The notes beneath the pieces are model-generated. The model made no database searches. It was given only the letters and a program-made list of their open reading frames with translations, and was not told where the DNA came from. Shown in pieces: positions 9,695 through 19,488 of a stretch of DNA of 64,000 nt. Each line of letters starts with the position of its first letter. Position 1 is the stretch's first letter. The translations under genes were made by a program, and so were the position numbers. Source of the stretch: Candidatus Omnitrophota bacterium (GTDB lineage: Bacteria; Omnitrophota; Gorgyraeia; Gygaellales; UBA12090). The stretch is from the NCBI GenBank assembly GCA_030674475.1, contig JAUSCZ010000023.1, forward strand, positions 87,819 to 151,818. Direction: 5' to 3'.

Positions 9695-10191
9695 TCAATA
9701 AGCTTCCCATAATTACCGAGAAATTGCCCGGCGGCCAGATTATCCTGGCTTCGGTAGATTTTATCCTGAATTGGTCTAAGGAATCCAGCCTCTGGCCGAT
9801 GAGCTTTGGCCTGGCCTGTTGCGCCATTGAGATGATGGCTGCCGGCGCCGCCCGATATGATATGGACCGTTTTGGGGCCGGGGTTTTTCGGGCTTCTCCC
9901 CGGCAGTGCGACCTGATGATTGTTGCCGGCACCGTTAATGAGAAGATGTCCAAGCGGCTCAGGTTGTTATACGACCAGATGCCTGAACCCAAATATGTGA
10001 TGGCTATGGGCAGCTGCGCTATTTCCGGCGGGCCGTATTATTATGATAGTTATAATGTGGTTAAGGGCGTGGATTTAATTGTTCCGGTGGATGTGCATAT
10101 TCCGGGTTGCCCTCCCCGGCCAGAGGCTTTGCTTTTCGGCCTGATGCAGTTACAGAAAAAAATCAAGAAGGAAAGTATTAAAAATGGCTGA
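9685..10191 (+). CDS. nuoB: NADH-quinone oxidoreductase subunit B (N2 Fe-S cluster subunit)
   Basis: [15 protein letters not shown] and PGCPP cysteine motifs of NuoB/PSST. Confidence 0.9.
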   Translation: MALINKLPIITEKLPGGQIILASVDFILNWSKESSLWPMSFGLACCAIEMMAAGAARYDMDRFGAGVFRASPRQCDLMIVAGTVNEKMSKRLRLLYDQMPEPKYVMAMGSCAISGGPYYYDSYNVVKGVDLIVPVDVHIPGCPPRPEALLFGLMQLQKKIKKESIKNG

Positions 10192-10633
10192 TCCGGATTG
10201 GGTTTTGGCCCTGAAAAATAAATTTTCTGATACAGTTGAGGAAGTCTCTATCGGCTGTTTGGTCCTGCCCAAGGAAGATATTTTTAGGGCTATTAATTTC
10301 TTAAAGAGAGAATATGGCTTTGATTATCTGATGAATCTGGCGGCTTTGGATTATAAGGATAGATTGGCCGTGGTTTATAATCTGTATTCGTTTAGGCTTA
10401 AGGGTAAGCTTTGCCTGAAGGTATTCTTGCCTCGGGATAATCCCGCCCTAGAAAGCATAACCGGGATTTACGCGGCGGCTAATTGGCAGGAAAGGGAGGC
10501 CTTTGATTTGATGGGAATAAATTTTACCGGCCATCCGGATTTAAGAAGAATCCTCCTGCCGGATGATTATGCCGGATACCCTTTAAGAAAAGATTACACT
10601 AAAGAAGGCTTTCTTCCCATGCCCGCGGTTTAA
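10184..10633 (+). CDS. nuoC: NADH-quinone oxidoreductase subunit C
   Basis: 149 aa, NuoC/30-kDa subunit-like. Position between nuoB and nuoD; not fused to nuoD. Confidence 0.8.
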   Translation: MADPDWVLALKNKFSDTVEEVSIGCLVLPKEDIFRAINFLKREYGFDYLMNLAALDYKDRLAVVYNLYSFRLKGKLCLKVFLPRDNPALESITGIYAAANWQEREAFDLMGINFTGHPDLRRILLPDDYAGYPLRKDYTKEGFLPMPAV

Positions 10634-10634
10634 T

Positions 10635-11741
10635 ATGCCTACCTTAGAGACTCAGCAATTTAGCGTAAGTTTTGGCCCTCAGCACCCTTCCACCCACGGA
10701 GTTTTGCATCTGCAGATGGATTTGGACGGCGAGGTGATTGTCAATTGCACGCCCCATATTGGCTATCTCCACCGCGATTTTGAGAAAATCTGCGAAAATA
10801 GAACTTATACCCAGATTATCCCTTTTACCGACCGCCTGGATTATCTGGGGGCGATGAATAATAACTTTGGATACTGTTTGACGGTAGAGAAACTACTGGG
10901 AGTGGTTATTCCGGAGCGCGCCGAATATATCCGGGTGATTATTGCCGAGTTAAACCGGATTGCCAGCCACTTATTGGCCGTGGGCACCTTTGTCCAGGAC
11001 CTGGGGGCCTTTGGCACGCCTCTTTTATATTGCTTCCGGGAAAGGGAGATGATCCTGGATATCTTTGAGCTGACCTGCGGAGCCCGGCTTACCTATAATT
11101 ACTATCGTCTGGGTGGAGTTTCCGCGGATATCCCGGAGGGGTTTGTCCAAAAGGTCAAGGATTTTATCCGCTATTTCCGGCCAAAGTTAACTGACTATCA
11201 CCGTCTAATTACCAATAATGCCATTTTTCTTATCCGCACCAAAGACATTGGGGTTTTGAGTAAGGAAAAGGCGCTTAACTATGCTATTAGCGGCCCCAGC
11301 CTAAGGGCCAGCGGGATAAAGTTTGATTTAAGAAAGGAAGAGCCTTATTCTATTTATCCGCGTTTTGAATTTGACATTCCCACCAGAAATAGCGGCGACT
11401 GCTGGGATAGATATATTGTCAGGATGGAAGAGATGGAGCAGTCCCTGCGCATAGTGGAACAGGCCATAGATAAGATTCCCGAAGGGGATTTTAGCGCCAA
11501 ACTGCCCAAGATTATCAAGGTGCCTGCCGGTGAGTTGTATTTCCGGACTGAATCTCCCCGCGGGGAGCTGGGTTTCTATCTAATCAGCGATGGCTCGGCT
11601 AAGCCTTATCGCTTGAAATGTCGGGCGCCTTCATTTTCCAATTTAAGTGTTATCGCGGAATTAGTCAAAGGGGTAAAGATAGCCGATGTAATCGCTATCC
11701 TGGGAAGCCTGGATATTGTGTTGGGTGAGATAGACCGATGA
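10635..11741 (+). CDS. nuoD: NADH-quinone oxidoreductase subunit D (49-kDa subunit)
   Basis: 368 aa; NiFe-hydrogenase large-subunit-like fold motifs (HPSTHGVL..., RGELGFYL). Confidence 0.9.
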   Translation: MPTLETQQFSVSFGPQHPSTHGVLHLQMDLDGEVIVNCTPHIGYLHRDFEKICENRTYTQIIPFTDRLDYLGAMNNNFGYCLTVEKLLGVVIPERAEYIRVIIAELNRIASHLLAVGTFVQDLGAFGTPLLYCFREREMILDIFELTCGARLTYNYYRLGGVSADIPEGFVQKVKDFIRYFRPKLTDYHRLITNNAIFLIRTKDIGVLSKEKALNYAISGPSLRASGIKFDLRKEEPYSIYPRFEFDIPTRNSGDCWDRYIVRMEEMEQSLRIVEQAIDKIPEGDFSAKLPKIIKVPAGELYFRTESPRGELGFYLISDGSAKPYRLKCRAPSFSNLSVIAELVKGVKIADVIAILGSLDIVLGEIDR

Positions 11742-12727
11742 TGTTTAAAATATCCCCGGAAAATTGGGCTTTTTTAATTGAGTTTGCTTGGCTTTGCGCC
11801 AAGGCCGCCGGGCTTTTGGGCTTTGTCAGCCTTTCGGTTATGTTTTTAATCTGGTGGGAGAGAAAAGTCAGCGCCCATATCCAGTCGCGCCTGGGGCCGA
11901 TGCGGGTGGGTTGGCATGGCTGTCTGCAGACCATTGCCGACACCATCAAGCTTTTGCTTAAAGAAAATATCGTGGCCAAGGATACGGATAAGGTTTCTTT
12001 TTGGCTGGCTCCGCTGGTGTCTTTTGTGGCGGCTTTTCTGCCTTTCGCGGCTATACCTTTTGCTAAGAATTTGGTGGTTCAGGATTTTGGGTTAGGCTTG
12101 CTCTATATCTTCGCGGTGAGCAGTCTGGGAGTAATCGGGGTGTTTATGGCCGGTTGGGGCTCCGGGAATAAATATTCTTTGCTGGGGGCAATGCGGGCCT
12201 CGGCCCAGATTATCAGCTATGAGATTCCTCTGGTGCTTTCGGTCTTAAGTATTGTGATGCTCACCGGAAGCCTGAATATGACTAAGATTGTGGAGGCTCA
12301 AGGGCAGGTGTGGTTTGCCTTTAGCCAGCCGATAGCCTTTTTGATTTATTTCATTTCCGCCTTAGCTGAGACCAACCGGGCCCCTTTTGACATCTCTGAG
12401 GCTGAGTCTGAACTGGTGGCCGGATTTCACACCGAATACAGCGGGATGAAATTTTCCATGTTTTTCCTGGCTGAATATACCAATATGTTTGTTGTTTCCG
12501 CCATAGCCGCCACGCTTTTTTTGGGCGGCTGGCAGGGGCCGTTTTTACCGGGAATATTCTGGTTTCTGGCTAAGGTCTATTTTCTTATATTTTTAATGAT
12601 GTGGATACGTTGGACCTTTCCCCGTTTTAGGGTTGATCAGCTGATGAACTTTGCCTGGAAATTTTTAGTGCCGTTGGCTTTCCTGAATATCTTAGCCACC
12701 GCGTTATTCTTAGTACTAAAAAAATAA
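11738..12727 (+). CDS. nuoH: NADH-quinone oxidoreductase subunit H
   Basis: 329-aa polytopic membrane protein; NuoH/ND1 signatures (ERKVSAHIQSRLGP, EAESELVAGFHTEYSG). Confidence 0.9.
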   Translation: MMFKISPENWAFLIEFAWLCAKAAGLLGFVSLSVMFLIWWERKVSAHIQSRLGPMRVGWHGCLQTIADTIKLLLKENIVAKDTDKVSFWLAPLVSFVAAFLPFAAIPFAKNLVVQDFGLGLLYIFAVSSLGVIGVFMAGWGSGNKYSLLGAMRASAQIISYEIPLVLSVLSIVMLTGSLNMTKIVEAQGQVWFAFSQPIAFLIYFISALAETNRAPFDISEAESELVAGFHTEYSGMKFSMFFLAEYTNMFVVSAIAATLFLGGWQGPFLPGIFWFLAKVYFLIFLMMWIRWTFPRFRVDQLMNFAWKFLVPLAFLNILATALFLVLKK

Positions 12728-12729
12728 AA

Positions 12730-13149
12730 ATGATCAAGAGAATAAAAAGAATATTTTCTGATAGTTTCAGCCTGCTCCAGGGTTTAGCGGTTACCGCCAA
12801 GTATTTATTTAGCCCGGCAGTTACCCTGCAATATCCCACACAACGCTGGACGCCTCCGGAGCGTTACCGGGGGAGGGTGGCTTTGCGGCCGAAGAAATGT
12901 ATCTCTTGCCAGATGTGCGTCCGGGCCTGTCCGAATTATTCCTTAGAGGTGAAGTTTAGCCTGGGGGAAGATAAGAAGAGAAAATTGAGTGGCTTTATAT
13001 ATCATTTAGATACCTGCTTGTTCTGCGGCTTATGCGTTGAACCCTGCCCTACCGCGGCGATATTTATGAACCAGGAGTATGAGCTCGCGGTGTATGAGCG
13101 CAAGGAACTAGTGATGGACTTGACTGAGGCGGATAAAAATGTGGAGTAA
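12730..13149 (+). CDS. nuoI: NADH-quinone oxidoreductase subunit I (2x[4Fe-4S] ferredoxin-like)
   Basis: Two CxxCxxCxxxCP motifs (CISCQMCVRACP, CLFCGLCVEPCP). Confidence 0.9.
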   Translation: MIKRIKRIFSDSFSLLQGLAVTAKYLFSPAVTLQYPTQRWTPPERYRGRVALRPKKCISCQMCVRACPNYSLEVKFSLGEDKKRKLSGFIYHLDTCLFCGLCVEPCPTAAIFMNQEYELAVYERKELVMDLTEADKNVE

Positions 13150-13639
13150 TTTTCTTAGCGCGTCAATTTTTTATCTGATAGCTATAGTCGGCATTATTTT
13201 CGCCATACTCTCGGTTACCTTGAAGAATATGTTTCATAGCGCCCTGGCCTTAATCGTGATGCTTCTGGGTGTAGCGGTGGTCTATATCTATTTAGACGCG
13301 GAGTTTCTGGCCCTGGTCCAGATTTTGATTTATGTGGGGGCGATTATGACCCTGGTTATCTTTGCCATAATGCTTACCGCGGAAATCTATAATAAAAACA
13401 TTAAGCGCCACAACCAGCAGAAGCTGATTTCCCTTATCATTGCCTCCAGTATGGCCGGTTTCCTAATCTTTGTCTTGAGCCGCTTTAAGGCCCAGGCAGG
13501 AGTAAGTTTTTTTGAACCGCTGACTTTAGCCATGATTGGAAAAGAACTATTAACTAAGTATGTGTTGCCTTTTGAGCTGATTTCAATAATCCTGCTGGCG
13601 GCCCTGGTGGGCTCGGCGGCTATAAGCAAGAAAGAATGA
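13139..13639 (+). CDS. nuoJ: NADH-quinone oxidoreductase subunit J
   Basis: 166-aa membrane protein, ND6-like; position in the operon. Confidence 0.8.
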   Translation: MWSNFLSASIFYLIAIVGIIFAILSVTLKNMFHSALALIVMLLGVAVVYIYLDAEFLALVQILIYVGAIMTLVIFAIMLTAEIYNKNIKRHNQQKLISLIIASSMAGFLIFVLSRFKAQAGVSFFEPLTLAMIGKELLTKYVLPFELISIILLAALVGSAAISKKE

Positions 13640-13944
13640 TACCTTTAAGCCATTATCTGATTTTATCGGCCATATTATTTTCTATCGGCCTTTACGGGGT
13701 CTTTACCCGTCGTAGCGCGATAGGGATTTTATTGTCTTTGGAGATTATGCTCAATGCCGTAAATATCAATTTTGTGGCCTTTGCTAAATTTATGGCTCCG
13801 CAAGCCCTCGCCGGGCAGATTTTTGTCATCTTTACTATTGGCGTAGCCGCGGCTTCCACCGTGGTGGGCCTGGCTATAATCGTGGCTATCTACCATAATT
13901 ATAAGACTATTTTTGTGGATGAGATAGATGTGATGAAATGGTAA
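13636..13944 (+). CDS. nuoK: NADH-quinone oxidoreductase subunit K
   Basis: 102 aa, three TM helices, ND4L-like; position in the operon. Confidence 0.85.
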   Translation: MIPLSHYLILSAILFSIGLYGVFTRRSAIGILLSLEIMLNAVNINFVAFAKFMAPQALAGQIFVIFTIGVAAASTVVGLAIIVAIYHNYKTIFVDEIDVMKW

Positions 13945-15857
13945 ACTACGCGTATCTAATTCCTCTGTTTCCTTTGCTGGCTTTCGCGGTTAATATCTTC
14001 TGGGGCCGCAGGCTAAAGGCTAAAAGCGCGCCGGTGGCTATTCTGGCTATGCTGGGCTCTTTGGTTATTTCCTGCCTAATCCTTAAAGAAGTTATTACCG
14101 GGAAAACCCTGGAGCAGAGCGTAGAGTGGTTTAAAGTTGGCCGGTATTCTTTTGAGGCCGGCTTTTTGGTTGACCCCTTGAGCGCGATGATGTTGTGTGT
14201 GGTTACCCTGGTGGGGCTTTTGGTTGAGGTATATTCCATCGGCTATATGCGCGGGGATAAGCGCTATCATCTTTTCTTTGCCTATGTATCCTTATTTATC
14301 TTTTCAATGTTGGGCCTGGTTTTATCCAACAATCTTATCCAGACGTATGTATTTTGGGAGTTGGTGGGGGTGTGTTCGTATCTGTTGATTAGCTTCTGGT
14401 TTGAGAAGAAATCCGCCGCCGACGCCGGGAAAAAGGCCTTTATCACTAACCGGATAGGAGATGCCGGATTTTTCTTAGGCTTGTCTACCCTGTTTTATTA
14501 TTTAGGCACGGCTAACTTTACTCAAATCAGCCAAAGATTAATGCATCATCCTGAGGGCTTAAGCCAGGGTATTTTGGCCCTGGCGGCAGTGCTGATTTTC
14601 TGCGGGGCAGTGGGTAAATCGGCCCAGTTTCCCCTGCATGTCTGGCTGCCGGACGCGATGGAGGGCCCTACCCCGGTAAGCGCTTTGATTCACGCCGCCA
14701 CCATGGTTGCCGCCGGAGTGTATCTGGTTGCCCGAAGCTACGCGGTCTTTGCCGCGGGGCATCTTTCCTTAGAAGTAGTTTCTTATATCGGAATCATCAC
14801 TTCGTTTATGGCCGGCTCAATCGCCCTGGTGCAGACCGATATCAAGCGCATCCTGGCTTATTCCACGGTCAGCCAATTAGGCTATATGATGATAGCTTTG
14901 GGGGTGGGTGGTTATAGCGCCGGGGTGTTTCATTTGATGACCCACGCCTTTTTTAAGGCCCTGCTTTTCCTGTGCGCCGGAAGCGTAATTCATGCTTGCG
15001 GGGTTCAGGATATCCGCCAGATGGGCGGTTTATTCGGGAAGATGAAGGTAACCGCGACTACCTGCCTGATTGGCTGTCTGGCTATTTCCGGGGTTCCGCC
15101 CTTAAGCGGCTTCTGGAGCAAGGATGAGATTTTATTATCGGTGTATAACAGCGGAAACCGGGTGCTTTACGGCCTGACTTTAATTGTGGCTTTTATGACC
15201 GCCTTTTATATGTTCCGGCTTTTGTTTTTGACATTTTTCGGAAAACCCAGGGAGAAACTGCATATCCATAAACCGGCCCCAACCATGGATTGGCCGTTGA
15301 TTATTTTAGCGGTATTCAGTATATTTTCCGGATTTGTCGGCTCACCTTTGATGGGCCATGCCTTTTCCCGTTTTATCTATTTTCATCCTGAGCATACTGA
15401 ACCGAATTATATGGTGATGATTTCTTCTGTTATCGTAGGTTTGGCCGGCATATCTTTGGCTTGGGTATTTTATATTTTATCTCCGGCACTACCCGCGGCC
15501 CTGGCTAAAAATTTCCAGCCGGTTTATAATCTTTTGCTGAATAAATACTGGATTGATGAGATTTACGACAGGTTTATCATTCAGCCGTTTTTACGCCTGA
15601 CCAAGTTTGCTTTCTCCTTTGACCGCTATCTGATTGACGGGGCAGTGAATCTTACCGGAACATCCTGCGTGGCGGTCAGCCGGGTTAAGGGCTGGATTGA
15701 TAAATATATCGTTGACGGTCTGGTTAACCTGATTGCCCTGGTGGTGGGGGCATTGGGTGAGGTTTTCCGCCGCTTACAGACCGGACTTATTCAAAACTAT
15801 ATCCTGTTGATTTTTACCGGGGTGGTGGTAATTGTTTTCTTGTTGAGATTTATTTAA
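13938..15857 (+). CDS. nuoL: NADH-quinone oxidoreductase subunit L (antiporter-like)
   Basis: 639 aa; Mrp/ND5 antiporter-like motifs (WLPDAMEGPTPVSALIHAATMV). Confidence 0.9.
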   Translation: MVNYAYLIPLFPLLAFAVNIFWGRRLKAKSAPVAILAMLGSLVISCLILKEVITGKTLEQSVEWFKVGRYSFEAGFLVDPLSAMMLCVVTLVGLLVEVYSIGYMRGDKRYHLFFAYVSLFIFSMLGLVLSNNLIQTYVFWELVGVCSYLLISFWFEKKSAADAGKKAFITNRIGDAGFFLGLSTLFYYLGTANFTQISQRLMHHPEGLSQGILALAAVLIFCGAVGKSAQFPLHVWLPDAMEGPTPVSALIHAATMVAAGVYLVARSYAVFAAGHLSLEVVSYIGIITSFMAGSIALVQTDIKRILAYSTVSQLGYMMIALGVGGYSAGVFHLMTHAFFKALLFLCAGSVIHACGVQDIRQMGGLFGKMKVTATTCLIGCLAISGVPPLSGFWSKDEILLSVYNSGNRVLYGLTLIVAFMTAFYMFRLLFLTFFGKPREKLHIHKPAPTMDWPLIILAVFSIFSGFVGSPLMGHAFSRFIYFHPEHTEPNYMVMISSVIVGLAGISLAWVFYILSPALPAALAKNFQPVYNLLLNKYWIDEIYDRFIIQPFLRLTKFAFSFDRYLIDGAVNLTGTSCVAVSRVKGWIDKYIVDGLVNLIALVVGALGEVFRRLQTGLIQNYILLIFTGVVVIVFLLRFI

Positions 15858-15929
15858 ATGAAAGTTTTCCCTTGCGTAAACGCTCGTAAATTTCTGCGAA
15901 ATTTACTTCGCACGCTACGGGATTAATTC

Positions 15930-15982
15930 GCGCATAAACTTATGCCTTCCTGCCTACCGGCAGGCAGGCATAAGTTTAGCGC
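15930..15982 (+). repeat. long imperfect palindrome / stem-loop in the nuoL-nuoM intergenic gap; its core TATGCC-TYCCTGCC-TACCGGCAGG resembles the palindrome inside the heptamer-array element at 59918-60024
   Basis: gcgcataaacttatgcc...ggcataagtttagcgc arms of about 15 bp with a central CCTACCGGCAGG, read directly. Confidence 0.5.
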
Positions 15983-16001
15983 TCATTAAGGAGGCTTAGC
16001 A

Positions 16002-17483
16002 ATGTTAGGTTTTCCACTTTTAAGTTCAGCTGTATTCTTGCCGATTTTGGGGATTTTGATTTTGTTTTTTATCCCTAAAAATAAAACCGCTCTAATCCGG
16101 GTAACCAGCGGCATAATTACTTTTCTTACCCTGATTGTTTCGCTGGTAATCTTTACTCACTTTAATAGCAATGACCCCGGCCTGCAATTGCAGGAACGCT
16201 TGAGCTGGATACCCCAGGTGAATATCAATTATCATTTGGGAGTTGACGGATTAAGCTATTCTATGGTTTTCCTGACCGCGCTTTTGTGTTTTCTGGCCTG
16301 CATTGCCTCTAATTCCATCAAGGAGAGAATTAAGGAGTATTATATCTTCTTTCTGCTCTTAGAAACCGGGATGATGGGGACATTCCTGGCTTTGGATCTG
16401 TTTTTGTTTTATGTCTTCTGGGAGATAACCCTGGTTCCGATGTATTTCTTAATCGGTATCTGGGGCGGGCCGAGAAAGGAATACGCGGCCATAAAGTTTT
16501 TCCTGTATACCTTAGCCGGCAGTGTCTTTATGCTCCTGGGTATTTTAGCTTTGTATTTTACCAGCACTCCCCATACCTTTAATATTTTAGAGTTGACCCA
16601 GCAGTCTAAGTTTTTCGCCCAGGCTTTTCAGAACATTGTCTTTTTGGCCTTGTTTTTCGGCTTCGCGGTTAAGGTGCCGGTGTTTCCTTTTCATACCTGG
16701 CTGCCGGATGCCCATGTGGAGGCCCCGACTCCGATAAGCGTGCTTTTGGCCGGGGTTTTGCTGAAGATGGGCGCGTATGGTTTTTTCAGGATAAGCTATC
16801 CTATATTACCCCAGGCCGCCAATTATTTCGGTTTCGCCATCGCGGTGCTGGCGGTAATCAATATCGTGTATGGGGCTTTTGTAGCCATGGCCCAGACGGA
16901 TTTCAAGAAGATGGTGGCCTATTCCAGCGTCAGCCATATGGGCTTTGTAATGCTGGGCCTGGCGGCCTTAAGCCCGGTGGGCTTTAGCGGCGCGGCAATG
17001 CAGATGTTTAACCACGGGATCATCACCGGGGCTATGTTTTTATTGGTGGGAGTTCTTTATGACCGCTCGCATACCCGGGAGATGGGCGCTTTTGGAGGCC
17101 TACGGGTAAACTTGCCGGTTTTCTCGGCAGTGTTGATTTTCTTTTCCATGGCTTCTTTGGGGCTTCCCGGTTTAAGCGGTTTTATCGGTGAGTTTTTATC
17201 TTTGCTGGGCGGCTTTAAGGCTTTTAAGCTGCTCACCGCCATCTCGGTCCTGGGCATTGTGATTACTGCCGGGTATATCCTGGTGATGATTCAAAAGGTT
17301 CTCTTGGGGCCGATGAATGACAAATGGAAGGGCCTGAGCGAAATTAGCTTTCGGGAATTGGTAACCGTGGTGCCTTTGTTAGTTATTGTCTTGGTTTTAG
17401 GGGTTTATCCCAAGCTGGCCCTGGATATTATCAATCCCGCTTTAAATCTTATTCTGAATAATATGGGAGTGGTTTTACCTTGA
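16002..17483 (+). CDS. nuoM: NADH-quinone oxidoreductase subunit M (antiporter-like)
   Basis: 493 aa, ND4-like (WLPDAHVEAPTPISVLLAGVLLKMG). Confidence 0.9.
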   Translation: MLGFPLLSSAVFLPILGILILFFIPKNKTALIRVTSGIITFLTLIVSLVIFTHFNSNDPGLQLQERLSWIPQVNINYHLGVDGLSYSMVFLTALLCFLACIASNSIKERIKEYYIFFLLLETGMMGTFLALDLFLFYVFWEITLVPMYFLIGIWGGPRKEYAAIKFFLYTLAGSVFMLLGILALYFTSTPHTFNILELTQQSKFFAQAFQNIVFLALFFGFAVKVPVFPFHTWLPDAHVEAPTPISVLLAGVLLKMGAYGFFRISYPILPQAANYFGFAIAVLAVINIVYGAFVAMAQTDFKKMVAYSSVSHMGFVMLGLAALSPVGFSGAAMQMFNHGIITGAMFLLVGVLYDRSHTREMGAFGGLRVNLPVFSAVLIFFSMASLGLPGLSGFIGEFLSLLGGFKAFKLLTAISVLGIVITAGYILVMIQKVLLGPMNDKWKGLSEISFRELVTVVPLLVIVLVLGVYPKLALDIINPALNLILNNMGVVLP

Positions 17484-18919
17484 TGAATTTATTGCTTGAT
17501 TTAAAATTTATCCAGCCGGAGATTATCTTAATTATTGCCTCTATCCTGGTATTGATGCTGGATTTTATATTCAAATCCAAGCGCCTGTTGGCCTATTTTT
17601 CCCTGTTTTCTTTATTTTCGGCTTTGCTGGTTTTGGGCCGGGGAACTCTATCGGCTCACAGCCTGTTTTCCGGGATGTTGGTCAGCGACCCCCTGGCTTT
17701 GTTTTTACGGATACTCTCGGTTTTTATTACGGCAATGGTAATTTTGCTCTCCATTGATTATCAGGAGATAGGCCCGGGAATGAGGTCAGAGCTTTATTCC
17801 CTCTTATTGATGGCGGCTTCGGCAATGATGTTTCTTTCCGCTGCCAACAATCTCTTGATGATTTATTTGGGGATTGAATTCATCAGCCTGATTTCTTATG
17901 TCCTGGCCGCCTACTGGAAAGGGAATCTTAAATCCAGCGAGGCCGGACTTAAATATTTTCTTTTTGGTACCGCCTGCTCCATCACTATGCTTTATGGTAT
18001 GTCAATTATCTACGGCATAACCGGCACCCTGGACTTACCGCAGATGAACCAGGCCTTGTTCAATAATCAATTTAGCCCTATAGTCATTTACATTGCTATC
18101 TTGATGGTCTCGGTGGGCCTGGCCTTTAAAGTGGCGATGGTGCCCTTTCATTTCTGGTGCCCGGATGTCTACGAGGGGGCTCCTACGCCGGTAACCGCCT
18201 TTTTCTCCGTGGGCCCTAAGCTGTTGGGATTCGCGGTGTTATTAAGATTTTTGCTCGGAGGCAGTGCTTTATTCTATCAGCATTGGATGCATCTTTTGGG
18301 GATTCTGGCCATCGCCACTATGGTGGTAGGAAATCTGACCGCCCTGGCCCAGACTAATATTAAGAGATTGCTGGCCTATTCTTCAATTGCCCACGCCGGC
18401 TATGCCTTAATTGGCTTAGTGGTCAATACCACTGCCGGATACATTAGCCTGTTTATTTATTTATCAACCTACATCGTGATGAATTTGGGGGCCTTTGCCG
18501 TGGTAATCGCGGTCTCGAACCAGACCAAAAGCGATGAGATCAAGGATTACGCCGGTTTATCGGTCCATTCCCCTTATTTAGCCGCCCTGTTTAGTCTGTT
18601 TCTGATTTCTTTAGCCGGCATCCCGCCCCTGGCCGGCTTTATCGGCAAGTTTTATATCTTTAGCTCGGCCATTAAAGAAGGTTTTCTCTACTTAGCGATT
18701 GCCGCGGTCCTCAACAGCGTCATTGCCGCCTACTACTATTTTAATATCATCCGCGTAATGTATTTAGTTCCCCCTTGCGCCTCAGCCGTAAAAATCAAGC
18801 CCTCCCCAGCCTTAAATCTGGCCCTAGTCTTAAGCTTACTCCTGGTTTTAGCTATGGGCTTGTATCCCAAACCGGTTATAGACTGGGTCAGTGCCGCCCT
18901 AGTCTTTCCCTCGCCCTAA
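17480..18919 (+). CDS. nuoN: NADH-quinone oxidoreductase subunit N (antiporter-like)
   Basis: 479 aa, ND2-like (FHFWCPDVYEGAPTPVTAFF). Confidence 0.9.
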   Translation: MMNLLLDLKFIQPEIILIIASILVLMLDFIFKSKRLLAYFSLFSLFSALLVLGRGTLSAHSLFSGMLVSDPLALFLRILSVFITAMVILLSIDYQEIGPGMRSELYSLLLMAASAMMFLSAANNLLMIYLGIEFISLISYVLAAYWKGNLKSSEAGLKYFLFGTACSITMLYGMSIIYGITGTLDLPQMNQALFNNQFSPIVIYIAILMVSVGLAFKVAMVPFHFWCPDVYEGAPTPVTAFFSVGPKLLGFAVLLRFLLGGSALFYQHWMHLLGILAIATMVVGNLTALAQTNIKRLLAYSSIAHAGYALIGLVVNTTAGYISLFIYLSTYIVMNLGAFAVVIAVSNQTKSDEIKDYAGLSVHSPYLAALFSLFLISLAGIPPLAGFIGKFYIFSSAIKEGFLYLAIAAVLNSVIAAYYYFNIIRVMYLVPPCASAVKIKPSPALNLALVLSLLLVLAMGLYPKPVIDWVSAALVFPSP

Positions 18920-18965
18920 AATTCATCTCAATCCGTTTATCACGTTTAACTATTTTCTCTCTATT

Positions 18966-19050
18966 TCCTCTCCCCTTGCGGGAGAGGTAAGAAATCCTCC
19001 CCTTACCAAGGGGAGGCGAGGAGGGGTTAGGTGAGGGGAAAAATTGCGAG
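18966..19050 (+). terminator. tandem GC-rich hairpins downstream of nuoN (cctctcccc/gggagagg, cctcccctt-acc-aaggggagg, ggggaaa-...-tttcccc)
   Basis: Three perfect 7-9 bp stems read directly after the operon's last stop codon. Confidence 0.5.
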
Positions 19051-19435
19051 TTTCCCCTGATAATTGACTGGCTACCCTAATTGTGATATTTTTATCGACA
19101 ATGGCAATGGCTGTGATAAACTGGGTGTATAAATTGGCCAAAGTAGCTTTGTTACGAGAGTGGAACTATTAGCGGGGTATTGGGATAGATTGGTAAGGCA
19201 ATGGAAGCGAATGATAAAGTTTTGGATTCGTCAGTCATTTGATAGCATCGAACAAGTTGAAAATAGATACGCGAATTTAACCGTGCCTGTTGAAGTGGCT
19301 TTGCAGTAGTTTCCACGAATCAACTTGTTGATAAGGGTACCAATGAAACTATGGAGAGAAACGAGGGATTAAAATCACTCACATTCAGGCGGTGTCATCA
19401 ATAGGGCATTGTGGCCACTGGGGAGCAAGGATATA

Positions 19436-19465
19436 ACACCTTGGCCTATCGGAAGGCCAAGGTGT
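19436..19465 (+). promoter_or_regulatory. perfect 11-bp-arm inverted repeat (acaccttggcc-tatcggaa-ggccaaggtgt) immediately upstream of the hsdM ribosome-binding site
   Basis: Read directly; followed by AAGGAG at 19476-19481 and GTG at 19489. Confidence 0.4.
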
Positions 19466-19488
19466 TCGCTTGTGCAAGGAGATCTCGA

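Noticed and set aside
9636-9992. 118-aa minus-strand ORF overlapping nuoA/nuoB
   Set aside because: Antisense to strongly supported nuo genes; treated as a shadow ORF.
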